Notes: generated by a model not told the origin, from the sequence alone. 64,000 nucleotides of DNA from Chloroflexota bacterium (GCA_035295425.1 DATGJB010000149.1:8509-72508), one strand, 5' to 3'; numbered from the stretch's first letter, positions 37,901 to 45,600 are shown. Translations and numbers: made by a program.

Positions 37901-37942
37901 GATGAGCCGGCGGCCGGCAGCCTGGCGCCCCGATCGGACTGA
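34901..37942 (+). CDS. SARP/AfsR-type regulator: OmpR-like winged helix + BTAD + NB-ARC (STAND) ATPase + TPR array
   Basis: LTIRLLGGFEVRV...DQLWPDL is the wHTH. The BTAD segment is DLYAGDLLPDDLYEDWA...LMRLYAATGQRGRALRQYEQL. The P-loop is GIGGAGKTRLA, and the Walker B-like motif is LLILDNCEHL. C-terminal TPR-like repeats include SNLGLI, GNLGIL and NNLGAI. GAGGGGAG SD is present. Confidence 0.9.
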   Translation: MPRQPAPHGEEAFVSSAAGLTIRLLGGFEVRVGQQLVPESAWRLNKARSLLKLLALAPAHRLPRDSVIDQLWPDLDPGPASNNLHQTLHGLRRALSTPDGSPRVRLQHGIIELALPGPLLVDVAEFEAAAARARHSDEPAAYHAAIDLYAGDLLPDDLYEDWAAGRREALRQTYLGLLLGLARRHEARGELRQAMEALRRAVECEPSLEEAHAQLMRLYAATGQRGRALRQYEQLREVLTTELNVEPDDSSRQLHGRILTGGSADPPDPAAPGRHAPIHNLPIALTSFVGRESEIARVAETLQTARLVTLAGIGGAGKTRLALRAGWDRLSHYRDGVWRVGLAALSRGELVPETIRTALQLAEQPGRSSLDTLREHLRSRHLLLILDNCEHLTAACAELAISLLHSCAELQILATSRARLGVPGEVTILVSPLSTPPASEKVLDDLARYESVRLFVERARSRRPDFVLAAENAVPVAQICRTVDGIPLAVELAAARAGVLPVHQIADRLVGAIDLLVTDDRVEARHQTLRAALDWSYQLLNPDERCLLRHLAVFEGGWSLEAAENVCDGENDQRVLDLLSGLVDKSLVVVAGTVGDIVRYRFLEPVRQYAVQRLAATGETAHLQRRHAAWFATLTEQAAPHLQQPEMRGWLDRLEADHDNLRAAMQWSLTEAEPGVGLRIAGAGWRFWFARGHLTEVRAYLDRCLHLARAGRGVAAPVLALARNAAGACAYFQSDLEEATKHYESALALYRELNDEAGMARVLSNLGLIRKDRRESERATELLEEALELQTRHDNRAGMASTLGNLGILAQETGDYERARALHERALALARETGLQQVVLTSINNLGAIAVEQEQLPRAREILLEGLDLAATLGVQRSWMAAATNLANIARKQGNFDEALGRYRSSLKAARKLDSQLSIALNLEGIAAAFAARHLLQGAVYLFAAADRLRRASGIPPIPIEQSEYDALLGLAHTRLGDEFVSAWNAGQRVAIDEVIAFASDEPAAGSLAPRSD

Positions 37943-38060
37943 GCGATCTTGCTAAGAATCGGTTAAGTGCGCCCTCGTACGCTGCTGGTGAGCTACCGGC
38001 CATGGAGCCGGAAGCCTGTGCCGGTTCGGCCAGCAGGCCACCACGAACTGCGGAAGGACC

Positions 38061-38240
38061 ATGCTGACATTCCAGGGCGCCTACCTGATTCGCTGCTGGC
38101 GGCGTGACCGAACGATCTGCCGGATCGAGATCACGCACGTCGCGACGGGAGAACGCGTCCTGGTCCAATCCACGGCAGCGGCAGTGACCTGGATCGGCGA
38201 ACACCAACCGTCAGAGGCCGCGGCGAGCGAAAGGAGGTAG
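38061..38240 (+). CDS. Small hypothetical protein, 59 aa (MLTFQGAYLIRCWRRDRTICRIEITHVATGERVLVQSTAAAVTWIGEHQPSEAAASERR)
   Basis: The ORF is below the 60-aa cutoff of the ORF track. GGAAGGA lies just upstream of the ATG, with a short spacer. Hand count of G/C at codon position 3 is 46/59, like bona fide genes here. It sits between the regulator and the repeat protein. Confidence 0.5.
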   Translation: MLTFQGAYLIRCWRRDRTICRIEITHVATGERVLVQSTAAAVTWIGEHQPSEAAASERR

Positions 38241-38245
38241 GCGTT

Positions 38246-38434
38246 ATGCCTCCAAGACGGCGCCATGACGCGATCACCTGGGGTACCAACAGAAGCCACC
38301 GGTCAGGAAGACGCGGCAGTATGACGTCGGGGACCCTGACTGCTGCCAACAGCCGGCCAGGAAAGGAAGACGGCGATGTACCCGGATACGGACACCTCCA
38401 GATGACTGCGTTCATGAAAGGAGATACTCGATGA
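38246..38434 (+). CDS. Possible 62-aa Arg/Gly-rich ORF, translationally coupled to the repeat-protein gene
   Basis: AAAGGAGG (38230-38237) lies 8 nt upstream of the ATG. The stop overlaps the next ATG (ATGA at 38431-38434). However, position-3 G/C is only 37/62 and the sequence is low-complexity. Confidence 0.25.
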   Translation: MPPRRRHDAITWGTNRSHRSGRRGSMTSGTLTAANSRPGKEDGDVPGYGHLQMTAFMKGDTR

Positions 38435-40161
38435 CATCGCTTCAGTCACTACGGAACACGCTCACGTCTCGGGGGGAAGGCCGGAGGCGGGGAGTAACCG
38501 CGGCCCTGGCAGCGGCACTGCTGATGGCGACACCCATCCAGGCGCACGCGGCACAGCCCTCGTCGCAGCAGTACTGTGCCAGCTCAGGGGCTGCCCAGTA
38601 CGACACCTGTTATGGCTCGTATGCGCTCTATGCTGAACAGAACGGAGGCAACGACAACTCAGCGTTCGGGGCCTTCGCGCTGAACAACAACACCACCGGC
38701 ACATACAACACAGCGGTGGGAGTGTACGCACTCGTTGCCAACTCAACCGGACGTTACAACACTGCAACCGGAGCCGGGGCACTCGAGAGCAGTACCGGCA
38801 ACAACAATACGGCCGACGGCGCCAGTTCGCTGCTGAACAACACGAGCGGTGGCGGAAATTCGGCGGCCGGCTACCTTGCGCTGGGCAGCAACACCAGCGG
38901 CAGCTACAACTCGGCAGTCGGCAACTTTTCCCTGTTCTACAACACCACGGGGGGCAATAACTCGGCAGTCGGCAATTTCGCCCTCTACAACAACACCACT
39001 GCCAACAACAACACGGCGATCGGCAACTCGGCGCTTTACGGCAATTCCATCGGCACCGACAACACGGCAACCGGCAACACCGCCTTGCAAGCCAACTCCA
39101 CGGGCAACTACAACACCGCCGGCGGCGACCACGCGCTCTACTCCAACACCACGGGGTCTTCCAACACCGCGACCGGCAGTGGAGCCCTCCTCTCCAACAC
39201 CACGGGCGCGAACAATACCGCGAGTGGCTTTCAGGCGCTCTACGGCAATCAATGCGGCACCTGCAACGGGAGCAGCAACACAGCGTCGGGCTACCAGGCG
39301 CTCTACTCCCTCGACACCGGCAACGACGACACCGCCTACGGGGCGAGCGCGCTGGGAAGTAACACGGCGGGCAGCTACAACACCGCGACCGGTGACCACG
39401 CACTGTTCTCGAACACGACCGGCAACGACAACACGGCAGCGGGGAGCGGAGCCCTTCTCGCCAACACCACGGGGTATAACAATGCCGCCTCCGGCTTCCA
39501 GGCGCTCTACAGCACCACGACGGGATTCGACAATACCGCCGATGGCTTCAGCGCCCTGTATGGCAACACCACGGGGCACGAGAACGTCGCCGATGGGACC
39601 AACGCTCTTCTGCACAGCAGCACGGGCTACTACGATACCGCGGTTGGCACCAACTCCCTGATTAACAACACCACGGGCTACCAGAACACCGCCGTCGGGG
39701 ATACGGCCCTCTACTCCAACACCACCGGCAACAACAACACCGTGCTGGGCTTCGAGGCGGGCGCCAATGGCTCGAATGCCAACACCACCGGTTCAAACAA
39801 CACCTTCATCGGCTACTACTCAGGTGCGGCCACTTCCACGCAGCTGACCAATGCCACCGCGATTGGCGCCAATGCCGCGGTGGGCGAGAGCAACGCCCTG
39901 GTGCTGGGCGGCACCGGCAGCAATGCGGTGAACGTGGGCATCGGCACGCAGACCCCGGCCAGTCTCTTCCAGGTTGGTCAAGCCGGAACCACCTACGGCG
40001 CCTACCTCCAGTTCCCGCTGGTGACGAATACCTCAGCGCCGCCGGCGAGCGACTGCAACTCGACGAGCTACGTCGGCCGGCTCGTCCTCCAGCTGGGCGC
40101 CAGGAACAAGGTGACCTTCTGGGCGTGCACGTCGAACGGGACGTGGCTGGCGGTGCGCTAG
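38431..40161 (+). CDS. Secreted repeat protein with ~23 tandem 17-residue N/T/G-rich repeats (predicted beta-solenoid, adhesin- or tail-fibre-like) plus a two-Cys C-terminal domain
   Basis: The signal peptide contains an RRRG motif and an AHA-AQ cleavage-like site. The repeat consensus is NTA.G..AL..NTTG.. AAAGGAGA SD lies upstream. Confidence 0.85.
   Translation: MTSLQSLRNTLTSRGEGRRRGVTAALAAALLMATPIQAHAAQPSSQQYCASSGAAQYDTCYGSYALYAEQNGGNDNSAFGAFALNNNTTGTYNTAVGVYALVANSTGRYNTATGAGALESSTGNNNTADGASSLLNNTSGGGNSAAGYLALGSNTSGSYNSAVGNFSLFYNTTGGNNSAVGNFALYNNTTANNNTAIGNSALYGNSIGTDNTATGNTALQANSTGNYNTAGGDHALYSNTTGSSNTATGSGALLSNTTGANNTASGFQALYGNQCGTCNGSSNTASGYQALYSLDTGNDDTAYGASALGSNTAGSYNTATGDHALFSNTTGNDNTAAGSGALLANTTGYNNAASGFQALYSTTTGFDNTADGFSALYGNTTGHENVADGTNALLHSSTGYYDTAVGTNSLINNTTGYQNTAVGDTALYSNTTGNNNTVLGFEAGANGSNANTTGSNNTFIGYYSGAATSTQLTNATAIGANAAVGESNALVLGGTGSNAVNVGIGTQTPASLFQVGQAGTTYGAYLQFPLVTNTSAPPASDCNSTSYVGRLVLQLGARNKVTFWACTSNGTWLAVR
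38602..39816 (+). repeat. Tandem coding repeat, 51-nt (17-codon) period, ~23 diverged copies
   Basis: Units were delimited by hand from aa 58 to about 462. Most are 17 aa, one is 16, one is 18, and two are 21 (one carries the insertion QCGTCNG). The copies are diverged at DNA level. Confidence 0.85.
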
Positions 40162-40180
40162 CCAGACGCGTCAAGTGCAA

Positions 40181-40218
40181 GCGGGAGGTGCGAGCGCCGT
40201 TACGCTCGCACCTCCCGC
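40181..40218 (+). terminator. Perfect 16-bp GC-rich hairpin downstream of the repeat-protein gene (terminator-like, no U tract)
   Basis: GCGGGAGGTGCGAGCG, loop CCGTTA, then CGCTCGCACCTCCCGC. It begins 20 nt after the TAG at 40159-40161. Confidence 0.6.
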
Positions 40219-40316
40219 CCGGCGACCTGTGTACCATCACGGGAGGCGGTCCAGATCAAACCAGCCGCTTCGGAGCGCTGTGCCGACCGGAGGACCAGCC
40301 GCAGGGAATCTCTCGG

Positions 40317-40322
40317 TACAAT
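40317..40322 (+). promoter_or_regulatory. Candidate -10 box (TACAAT) upstream of pcrA-like gene
   Basis: TACAAT lies in the intergenic region 43 nt upstream of the proposed TTG start. No convincing -35 element was found. Confidence 0.25.
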
Positions 40323-40364
40323 GTTCCGCATTCGCGGAGCATCCTCCCGAGTTCCGGAGCCCCT

Positions 40365-42611
40365 TTGACTGCCAACGATCAGCTGTTCATCGCGCCGTCC
40401 CGCGCATCTAATCGCCCGCAGAGTCAGGTGGGGCGGATCCTCGATCCCCTCAACCCGGCGCAGCTCGACGCCGTCACGCACGGCGACGGTCCGATGCTGG
40501 TGCTGGCCGGAGCGGGAAGTGGCAAGACCCGCGTCCTGACGCACCGCATCGCCTACCTCATCGACGTCAAAGGTGTGGACCCGCACAACATCATGGCGGT
40601 GACCTTCACCAACAAGGCGGCGGGGGAAATGAAGGAACGGGTGATCGCCCTCGCCGGCCGGCCCGGCGAGTGGGTAACGATCGGAACCTTCCACGCCTTC
40701 TGCGTGCGCCTGCTGCGGCGCGAGTCGGACTACTTCCATCGCCCGAACTTCACGATCTACGACACCGCCGATCAGCTGGCCCTGGTCAAGCAGGCGATGG
40801 ACATTGCCGAGGTACCGGAGAGCCGCGCCCGCCCTCAGGCGGTCCTGGGCGCCATCTCCGACGCCAAAAACGAGCTGATCGGCCCGAGCCAGTACCAGCC
40901 CAACTCCTACTTCGAGGAGCTCGTGCGGCGCGTCTATCCGGTCTACCAGGATCTGCTCCGCCAGAACTCGGCCTTCGACTTCGACGACCTCATCATGGAG
41001 ACGGTCACCTACCTGCGAGAACATTCCGACCGTCTCGACCACTACGCCACCCGCTACCAGTACATCCTGGTCGACGAGTACCAGGACACGAACCATACCC
41101 AGTACGTGCTCGTCAACATGCTGGCCTCAAAACACCGCAACCTGTTCGTGGTCGGCGATGACGACCAGTCGGTGTACTCCTGGCGGGGCGCCGACATCCG
41201 CAACATCCTGGAGTTCGAGCGCGATTATCCGGATGTGCGTGAGATCAAGCTCGAGCAAAACTACCGCTCCACCCAGAACATCCTCGACGCCGCCAACGGA
41301 GTAATCGCTCAAAACTACGGCCGCAAGCCGAAACGCCTCTGGACCGAGAAGGACACCGGTCCCTCCATCCGGCTCTTCCACGCCTACGACGAGGAGCAGG
41401 AGGCAAGGTTCGTCGCCGACGAGATCGACCGGCTGGTGCAGGCGGGTGAGGTAGCGGCCAGCGACTGCGCGGTGATGTACCGGATGAACGCGCAGTCCCG
41501 CGCCCTGGAAGAGGCGTTCATCAGGGCGAACATTCCTTATATCCTGGTCGGCGCGACGCGCTTCTACGAGCGGCGCGAGATCAAAGATGTGGTGGCGTTC
41601 CTGCGTCTCATCGTCAATCCGAACGACGGCGTCACCCTGCGCCGCGTCATCAACGTGCCGCCGCGCAAGATCGGCGCCACCACGGTGCAGGCGCTCCGCC
41701 GCTGGGCGGAGGTGAATGGGGTCCCGTTGATGGCCGCCGTCGAGCGGGCCGCCGACGTGCCGGGGCTAACGCCGGCAGCGAGGAACGCCCTGGCCCAATT
41801 CGCCGCGATGATCGCCGAGCTGCGGGGCGAGGCGCAGCAGCTGAACGTCCTCGACCTGCTCGACCTGGTCCTCCGCCGCGCCGGATACGAGTCGTTCGTT
41901 CGTGACGGCAGCGACGAGGGTGAGGAGCGCTGGAGCAACATCCTCGAGCTGCGCACCGTCGCCCAGGACTACGCAGCCGAGCCGCCGCTGGAGGGACTCC
42001 GCTCCTTCCTGGAGAACGTCTCGCTGCTCGGCGAGACCGATGTGCTGACGGAGGCCCGCCCGCATGTGCCGCTGATGACACTCCATGCCGCCAAGGGACT
42101 GGAGTTCAGCACCGTCTTCCTGGTCGGCATGGAGGAGAATCTCTTTCCACACAGTAGAAGCCTGGAGAGTATCGAGCAGATGGAGGAGGAGCGGCGGCTC
42201 TGCTACGTCGGCATTACCCGCGCCAAGGAGCGGCTCTACCTCATCCACGCCGCGCGGCGTATGTTCCACGGCAACACCCTGGTCAACCCGCCGTCGCGCT
42301 TCCTGGCCGACATTCCGGAGCGCCTCTGGGATGAGAGCGGCGTGAACCCGCGGAGCTACCTGCGCCGCGAATTCACACCCGTGTCATCCGGCATCAATCT
42401 TCTCGACGAACCGGTGCCGGCGGCTCGCGGGCCGGTGACGCAACGCTTCGGCGTCGGCGAGCGCGTGCGCCACAAGCACTTCGGTACCGGCGTCATCCTC
42501 TCCAGCACGCTGACCGCCGACGACGAGGAGGTCGAGGTCGAGTTCGCCTCGCCGAAGGGGCCGGTGCGGAAGAAGCTGTTGGTGAGCTACGCTGCTCTGG
42601 AGGCCCTGTAG
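40365..42611 (+). CDS. pcrA: ATP-dependent DNA helicase PcrA/UvrD (SF1)
   Basis: LNPAQLDAVTHGDGPMLVLAGAGSGKT is motif I and VDEYQDTN is motif II. VGDDDQSVYSWRGA, QNYRST and TLHAAKGLEF are also present. The start is uncertain: TTG 40365 has GGAG 7 nt upstream, and GTG 40428 is an alternative. The listed start at 40125 overlaps the upstream gene and terminator. Confidence 0.88.
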   Translation: MTANDQLFIAPSRASNRPQSQVGRILDPLNPAQLDAVTHGDGPMLVLAGAGSGKTRVLTHRIAYLIDVKGVDPHNIMAVTFTNKAAGEMKERVIALAGRPGEWVTIGTFHAFCVRLLRRESDYFHRPNFTIYDTADQLALVKQAMDIAEVPESRARPQAVLGAISDAKNELIGPSQYQPNSYFEELVRRVYPVYQDLLRQNSAFDFDDLIMETVTYLREHSDRLDHYATRYQYILVDEYQDTNHTQYVLVNMLASKHRNLFVVGDDDQSVYSWRGADIRNILEFERDYPDVREIKLEQNYRSTQNILDAANGVIAQNYGRKPKRLWTEKDTGPSIRLFHAYDEEQEARFVADEIDRLVQAGEVAASDCAVMYRMNAQSRALEEAFIRANIPYILVGATRFYERREIKDVVAFLRLIVNPNDGVTLRRVINVPPRKIGATTVQALRRWAEVNGVPLMAAVERAADVPGLTPAARNALAQFAAMIAELRGEAQQLNVLDLLDLVLRRAGYESFVRDGSDEGEERWSNILELRTVAQDYAAEPPLEGLRSFLENVSLLGETDVLTEARPHVPLMTLHAAKGLEFSTVFLVGMEENLFPHSRSLESIEQMEEERRLCYVGITRAKERLYLIHAARRMFHGNTLVNPPSRFLADIPERLWDESGVNPRSYLRREFTPVSSGINLLDEPVPAARGPVTQRFGVGERVRHKHFGTGVILSSTLTADDEEVEVEFASPKGPVRKKLLVSYAALEAL

Positions 42612-42614
42612 CCC

Positions 42615-43385
42615 ATGGAGGAACGCGCTCGCCGTCCGATCGTGGGCGGCAACTGGAAGATGAACACCAACCTGCCCGGCGCCGTCGATCTGGCGCAGGC
42701 TCTGGTACGCCACCTGGGCGAGACAACCGCCGTCGACGTGGTGCTCTGCCCGCCTTTCCCGAATCTGGAGGCAGTGCGTCGGGCGATCGACGCCAGCGCC
42801 CTCCAGCTGGGGGCGCAGGATGTCTTCTGGGAGGACAGAGGCGCATTCACGGGCGAGGTCTCGGCGCCAATGCTACGCGCGGTCGGCTGCGACTGGGTGA
42901 TCGTCGGGCACTCCGAGAGGCGGCGCATCCTCGGCGAGTCAAGCGAGGTGGTCAATCGCAAGCTCAGGGCAGTGCTGCGCAATGGCCTGCAGGCAATCCT
43001 CGCGGTGGGCGAGACACGGGACGAGCGGCAGGCCGGCCGGACCGAGCAGGTGCTGGAGGAGCAGCTGCGCGAGTCGCTCGACGGCGTGACCGCTGATGAG
43101 ATGGCCCGCGTCGTCCTCGCCTACGAGCCGGTCTGGGCGATCGGCACCGGCGATACCGCAACACCTCAGCAGGCCGGCGAGGCGCACGCCTTCGTTCGGT
43201 CCGTGCTCAGCGCGCTGGTCGGCGACGCTGTGGCAGCCACAACTCGCATCCAGTACGGCGGCAGCGTGACGGCCGCGAACGCGGCGGAGCTGATGGCGCA
43301 GTCCGGCATCGACGGCGCGCTGGTCGGCGGCGCCAGCCTCAAGCCGGACGACTTCGCGGCGATCGTACAGGCAGCGGCCACGTAG
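42615..43385 (+). CDS. tpiA: Triosephosphate isomerase
   Basis: GGNWKMN, VGHSERR, AYEPVWAIGTG and YGGSV motifs are present. The ATG lies 3 nt after the pcrA-like stop. Confidence 0.95.
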   Translation: MEERARRPIVGGNWKMNTNLPGAVDLAQALVRHLGETTAVDVVLCPPFPNLEAVRRAIDASALQLGAQDVFWEDRGAFTGEVSAPMLRAVGCDWVIVGHSERRRILGESSEVVNRKLRAVLRNGLQAILAVGETRDERQAGRTEQVLEEQLRESLDGVTADEMARVVLAYEPVWAIGTGDTATPQQAGEAHAFVRSVLSALVGDAVAATTRIQYGGSVTAANAAELMAQSGIDGALVGGASLKPDDFAAIVQAAAT

Positions 43386-43398
43386 CCGCGCGACAGCA

Positions 43399-44016
43399 GT
43401 GCGCCCCGGTCCCGCGCGCCCTTCACTCGTCGGGGTAACGCTCCTCGCCTGGTGCCTCACGGCGTGCGGCTCACCCACGGCGACACGTCCCACGCCGGCT
43501 CCGCCACTCGCCATCACGCCGGTGCTCGGGCCCTCGGCCACCGCTCGCCTGCCCGGACGTCTCTCCTTCCGGCATCCGGTCGGCTGGAAGCTCTCCCGCT
43601 ATCGATTGACTTCCGGCTTCTCGACCGTGCTGGCCTATCTCAGCACCGCGCGGCTGCACCCGCCGTGCGTCGGTACGGCGACCAGCGAAACCTGCGGGCT
43701 TCCGCTGAAGACGCTGCCGGCCGGCGGCGTCCTCATTCTCTGGTCGGCGAGCGGCTCCCTGTCTCCGAATGCGCCACCGGTTCCGGGGCCCGGCACCCCG
43801 ACCACCGTTGGCGGCCGGGCCGCCCGCGTGCAGGTGGCTTCCCCACCACGGGCCCCCTGCGGCAGCCTGCATGCCGACGCTTCTATCGAGGTCACCATCG
43901 CCGGCTCGCACCGGCAAGACTGGTACGAGGTTGATGCCTGCATCCGCAGTCCTCACATCCGGCAGAGTGAAGCGCAGGTGCTTGGCATGCTGCGCACCGT
44001 GACATTCGCGCCCTGA
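43399..44016 (+). CDS. Hypothetical lipoprotein
   Basis: GTG start. The N-terminus VGVTLLAWCLTAC carries a lipobox-like LTAC. No family was recognised. Confidence 0.55.
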   Translation: MRPGPARPSLVGVTLLAWCLTACGSPTATRPTPAPPLAITPVLGPSATARLPGRLSFRHPVGWKLSRYRLTSGFSTVLAYLSTARLHPPCVGTATSETCGLPLKTLPAGGVLILWSASGSLSPNAPPVPGPGTPTTVGGRAARVQVASPPRAPCGSLHADASIEVTIAGSHRQDWYEVDACIRSPHIRQSEAQVLGMLRTVTFAP

Positions 44017-44290
44017 GCGTGGACTGCCCCAGGGACCGAGCCCGGCTCCGGCGCCGCCTGGCACTTTCCCACTGCCCTGACCGCCATCGCCAATCTCTGG
44101 CGGGAGTGCCCCAGGACCGAGCCGCCAGCACTGGGATTCTCCACCGCTACCAGGCATACGGCGTCCCGGCCCGCGCGCCGGAAGGACCGCAGAATCTGGT
44201 GTATCAGGTGACCTCACGGTCATTCGGGGTCAGGCAGTGAGCCAGGTCGCCTGCGGTCCGACCGCTCCGGTAGGCACGGGTCCACCGGTA

Positions 44291-45181
44291 TCACGAGCGC
44301 GCTGCAGCGATCATCTCCATCAGTTCTTCAGTGGTGGACACGTTCAGCCCGTGAGCACGTCCGAATCGGACGATCGGCCCGCCGATCGCATCGAGCTCCG
44401 GCTCGCGGCCGGCCGCGATGTCCTTCTGCATGGAGCTCCTCATCTCGTCGGGTGCGGCCAGCAGCAGGTGCAAAATGGCAGTTCGATCCAGTCGGGCGCC
44501 GACCACTTCGGCGACGGCGCAGGCTTCGTCCAGGCACGCCTCGAGTCGTACCCGCCATTCCGGGGCCGCCCGCACCCCACCAAGCGGCTCGCCTTGCGCG
44601 CTGGTCGTGAGCGCCAGCGGCGCCAGGAACACCAGCTTGCCCCAGAGCAGTGATGTCTCGTCTTCCACCACCTCGCAGTCCAGGCCGGCCGATCGCAGCT
44701 CGCCGGCCAGTTCGTCGACGCGCGGCACCGCCGGTCCCGTGGCGGCGAGCCGCACTGCGGCGAAGGGCGAGACCTGGCGAATCCGGCCGGGTGCGACACG
44801 CTCCGACTCCACGCGGATTGTGCCCCCTACCACATGCTCGGGGTCGTAGCGCGACCTGAGCAACGTCATGTGATCCACGCCATTCATCAGCGGCACGACG
44901 AGTGCATCGCCGATTCGATTGGCTGGAGTCGCAGAGATCGCAGCGTGCAGCTGGGTTGCCTTGACCGTGATCCAGAGCGCGTCCACCGGCTGGTTGAGCT
45001 CGGTGGCGAGCGTCACAGGCGCTTCAAAATCGCCAAGCACCCGACTGCTGACACGGATCTTCGCGGGATACGCCGCCAGCGTTTCGGCGCGCAGGATCAG
45101 CGTGACGGGCCGGCCATCGCGTGCCAGCGCTCCCGCGAGGAAGCCACCCACACCACCGGCTCCGAGGACTGCATGGATCAT
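44291..45181 (-). CDS. panE: 2-dehydropantoate 2-reductase (ApbA/PanE family)
   Basis: The N-terminus is MIHAVLGAGGVGGFLAGALARDGRPV (GxGxxG). The C-terminal SSMQKDIAAGREPELDAIGG matches the family. Confidence 0.75.
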   Translation of the reverse strand: MIHAVLGAGGVGGFLAGALARDGRPVTLILRAETLAAYPAKIRVSSRVLGDFEAPVTLATELNQPVDALWITVKATQLHAAISATPANRIGDALVVPLMNGVDHMTLLRSRYDPEHVVGGTIRVESERVAPGRIRQVSPFAAVRLAATGPAVPRVDELAGELRSAGLDCEVVEDETSLLWGKLVFLAPLALTTSAQGEPLGGVRAAPEWRVRLEACLDEACAVAEVVGARLDRTAILHLLLAAPDEMRSSMQKDIAAGREPELDAIGGPIVRFGRAHGLNVSTTEELMEMIAAARS

Positions 45182-45194
45182 GCTCCGATTCCCT

Positions 45195-45404
45195 TCACGC
45201 CGGCATCGGGAGCTCGTGCGGCTCGACCCATGCGGTTCGGGCCGCCGGGCTCAGCATCTTCTCCCGCTGCCGGTGTGGAAACGGCAGCTCTTTGTCGAGC
45301 AGCCGGGGAAACGCCACGAGGAAGCGCTCGAAGTCGTCGATATCGGATCGTACGCTCACCATACACGCCACCACCCGCAGCAGGGCACCGGGGCATTCTC
45401 TCAT
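45195..45404 (-). CDS. Possible small ORF (69 aa, MRECPGALLRVVACMVSVRSDIDDFERFLVAFPRLLDKELPFPHRQREKMLSPAARTAWVEPHELPMPA) upstream of panE
   Basis: It lies in a 420-nt gap. Position-3 G/C is high (56/69 by hand), but it shares wobble positions with the open plus-strand frame, so composition cannot assign the strand. The minus-strand peptide looks more protein-like. Confidence 0.3.
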   Translation of the reverse strand: MRECPGALLRVVACMVSVRSDIDDFERFLVAFPRLLDKELPFPHRQREKMLSPAARTAWVEPHELPMPA

Positions 45405-45600
45405 GATGTTTCCCCACCGCCGCCGCGCACCGCGTTCGCCACGCCAAGAGCGCCGGCGACTATCCCAGCTTCGACGCTCTCTCCATCCTGCCGCAGATTG
45501 GGGCGACGCCGCAGCCGGCGGAGTGTTCCCCCGGCTCGTATCTCTCATTGAGCCTGTACCGAGCGGGGAACGCGCGGCCCAATGGGTGGAGGCGGTGACG

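Noticed and set aside
34901-37942. The NB-ARC/TPR protein as an Avs-like antiviral STAND
   Set aside because: The N-terminus is an OmpR-type winged helix plus BTAD (a transcription-activator architecture), not a nuclease, protease or other effector domain.
38462-39661. Three long alternative-frame ORFs (two minus, one plus), and the idea that the 51-nt periodicity is a CRISPR or other non-coding array
   Set aside because: They are artefacts of the periodic repeat gene. The units are contiguous, lack spacers, are diverged, and translate into a coherent signal-peptide-bearing protein in the 38431 frame.
40125-40364. Upstream 80 codons of the PcrA ORF
   Set aside because: They overlap the preceding gene's end and the 16-bp terminator hairpin, and the translation is unlike helicase N-termini.
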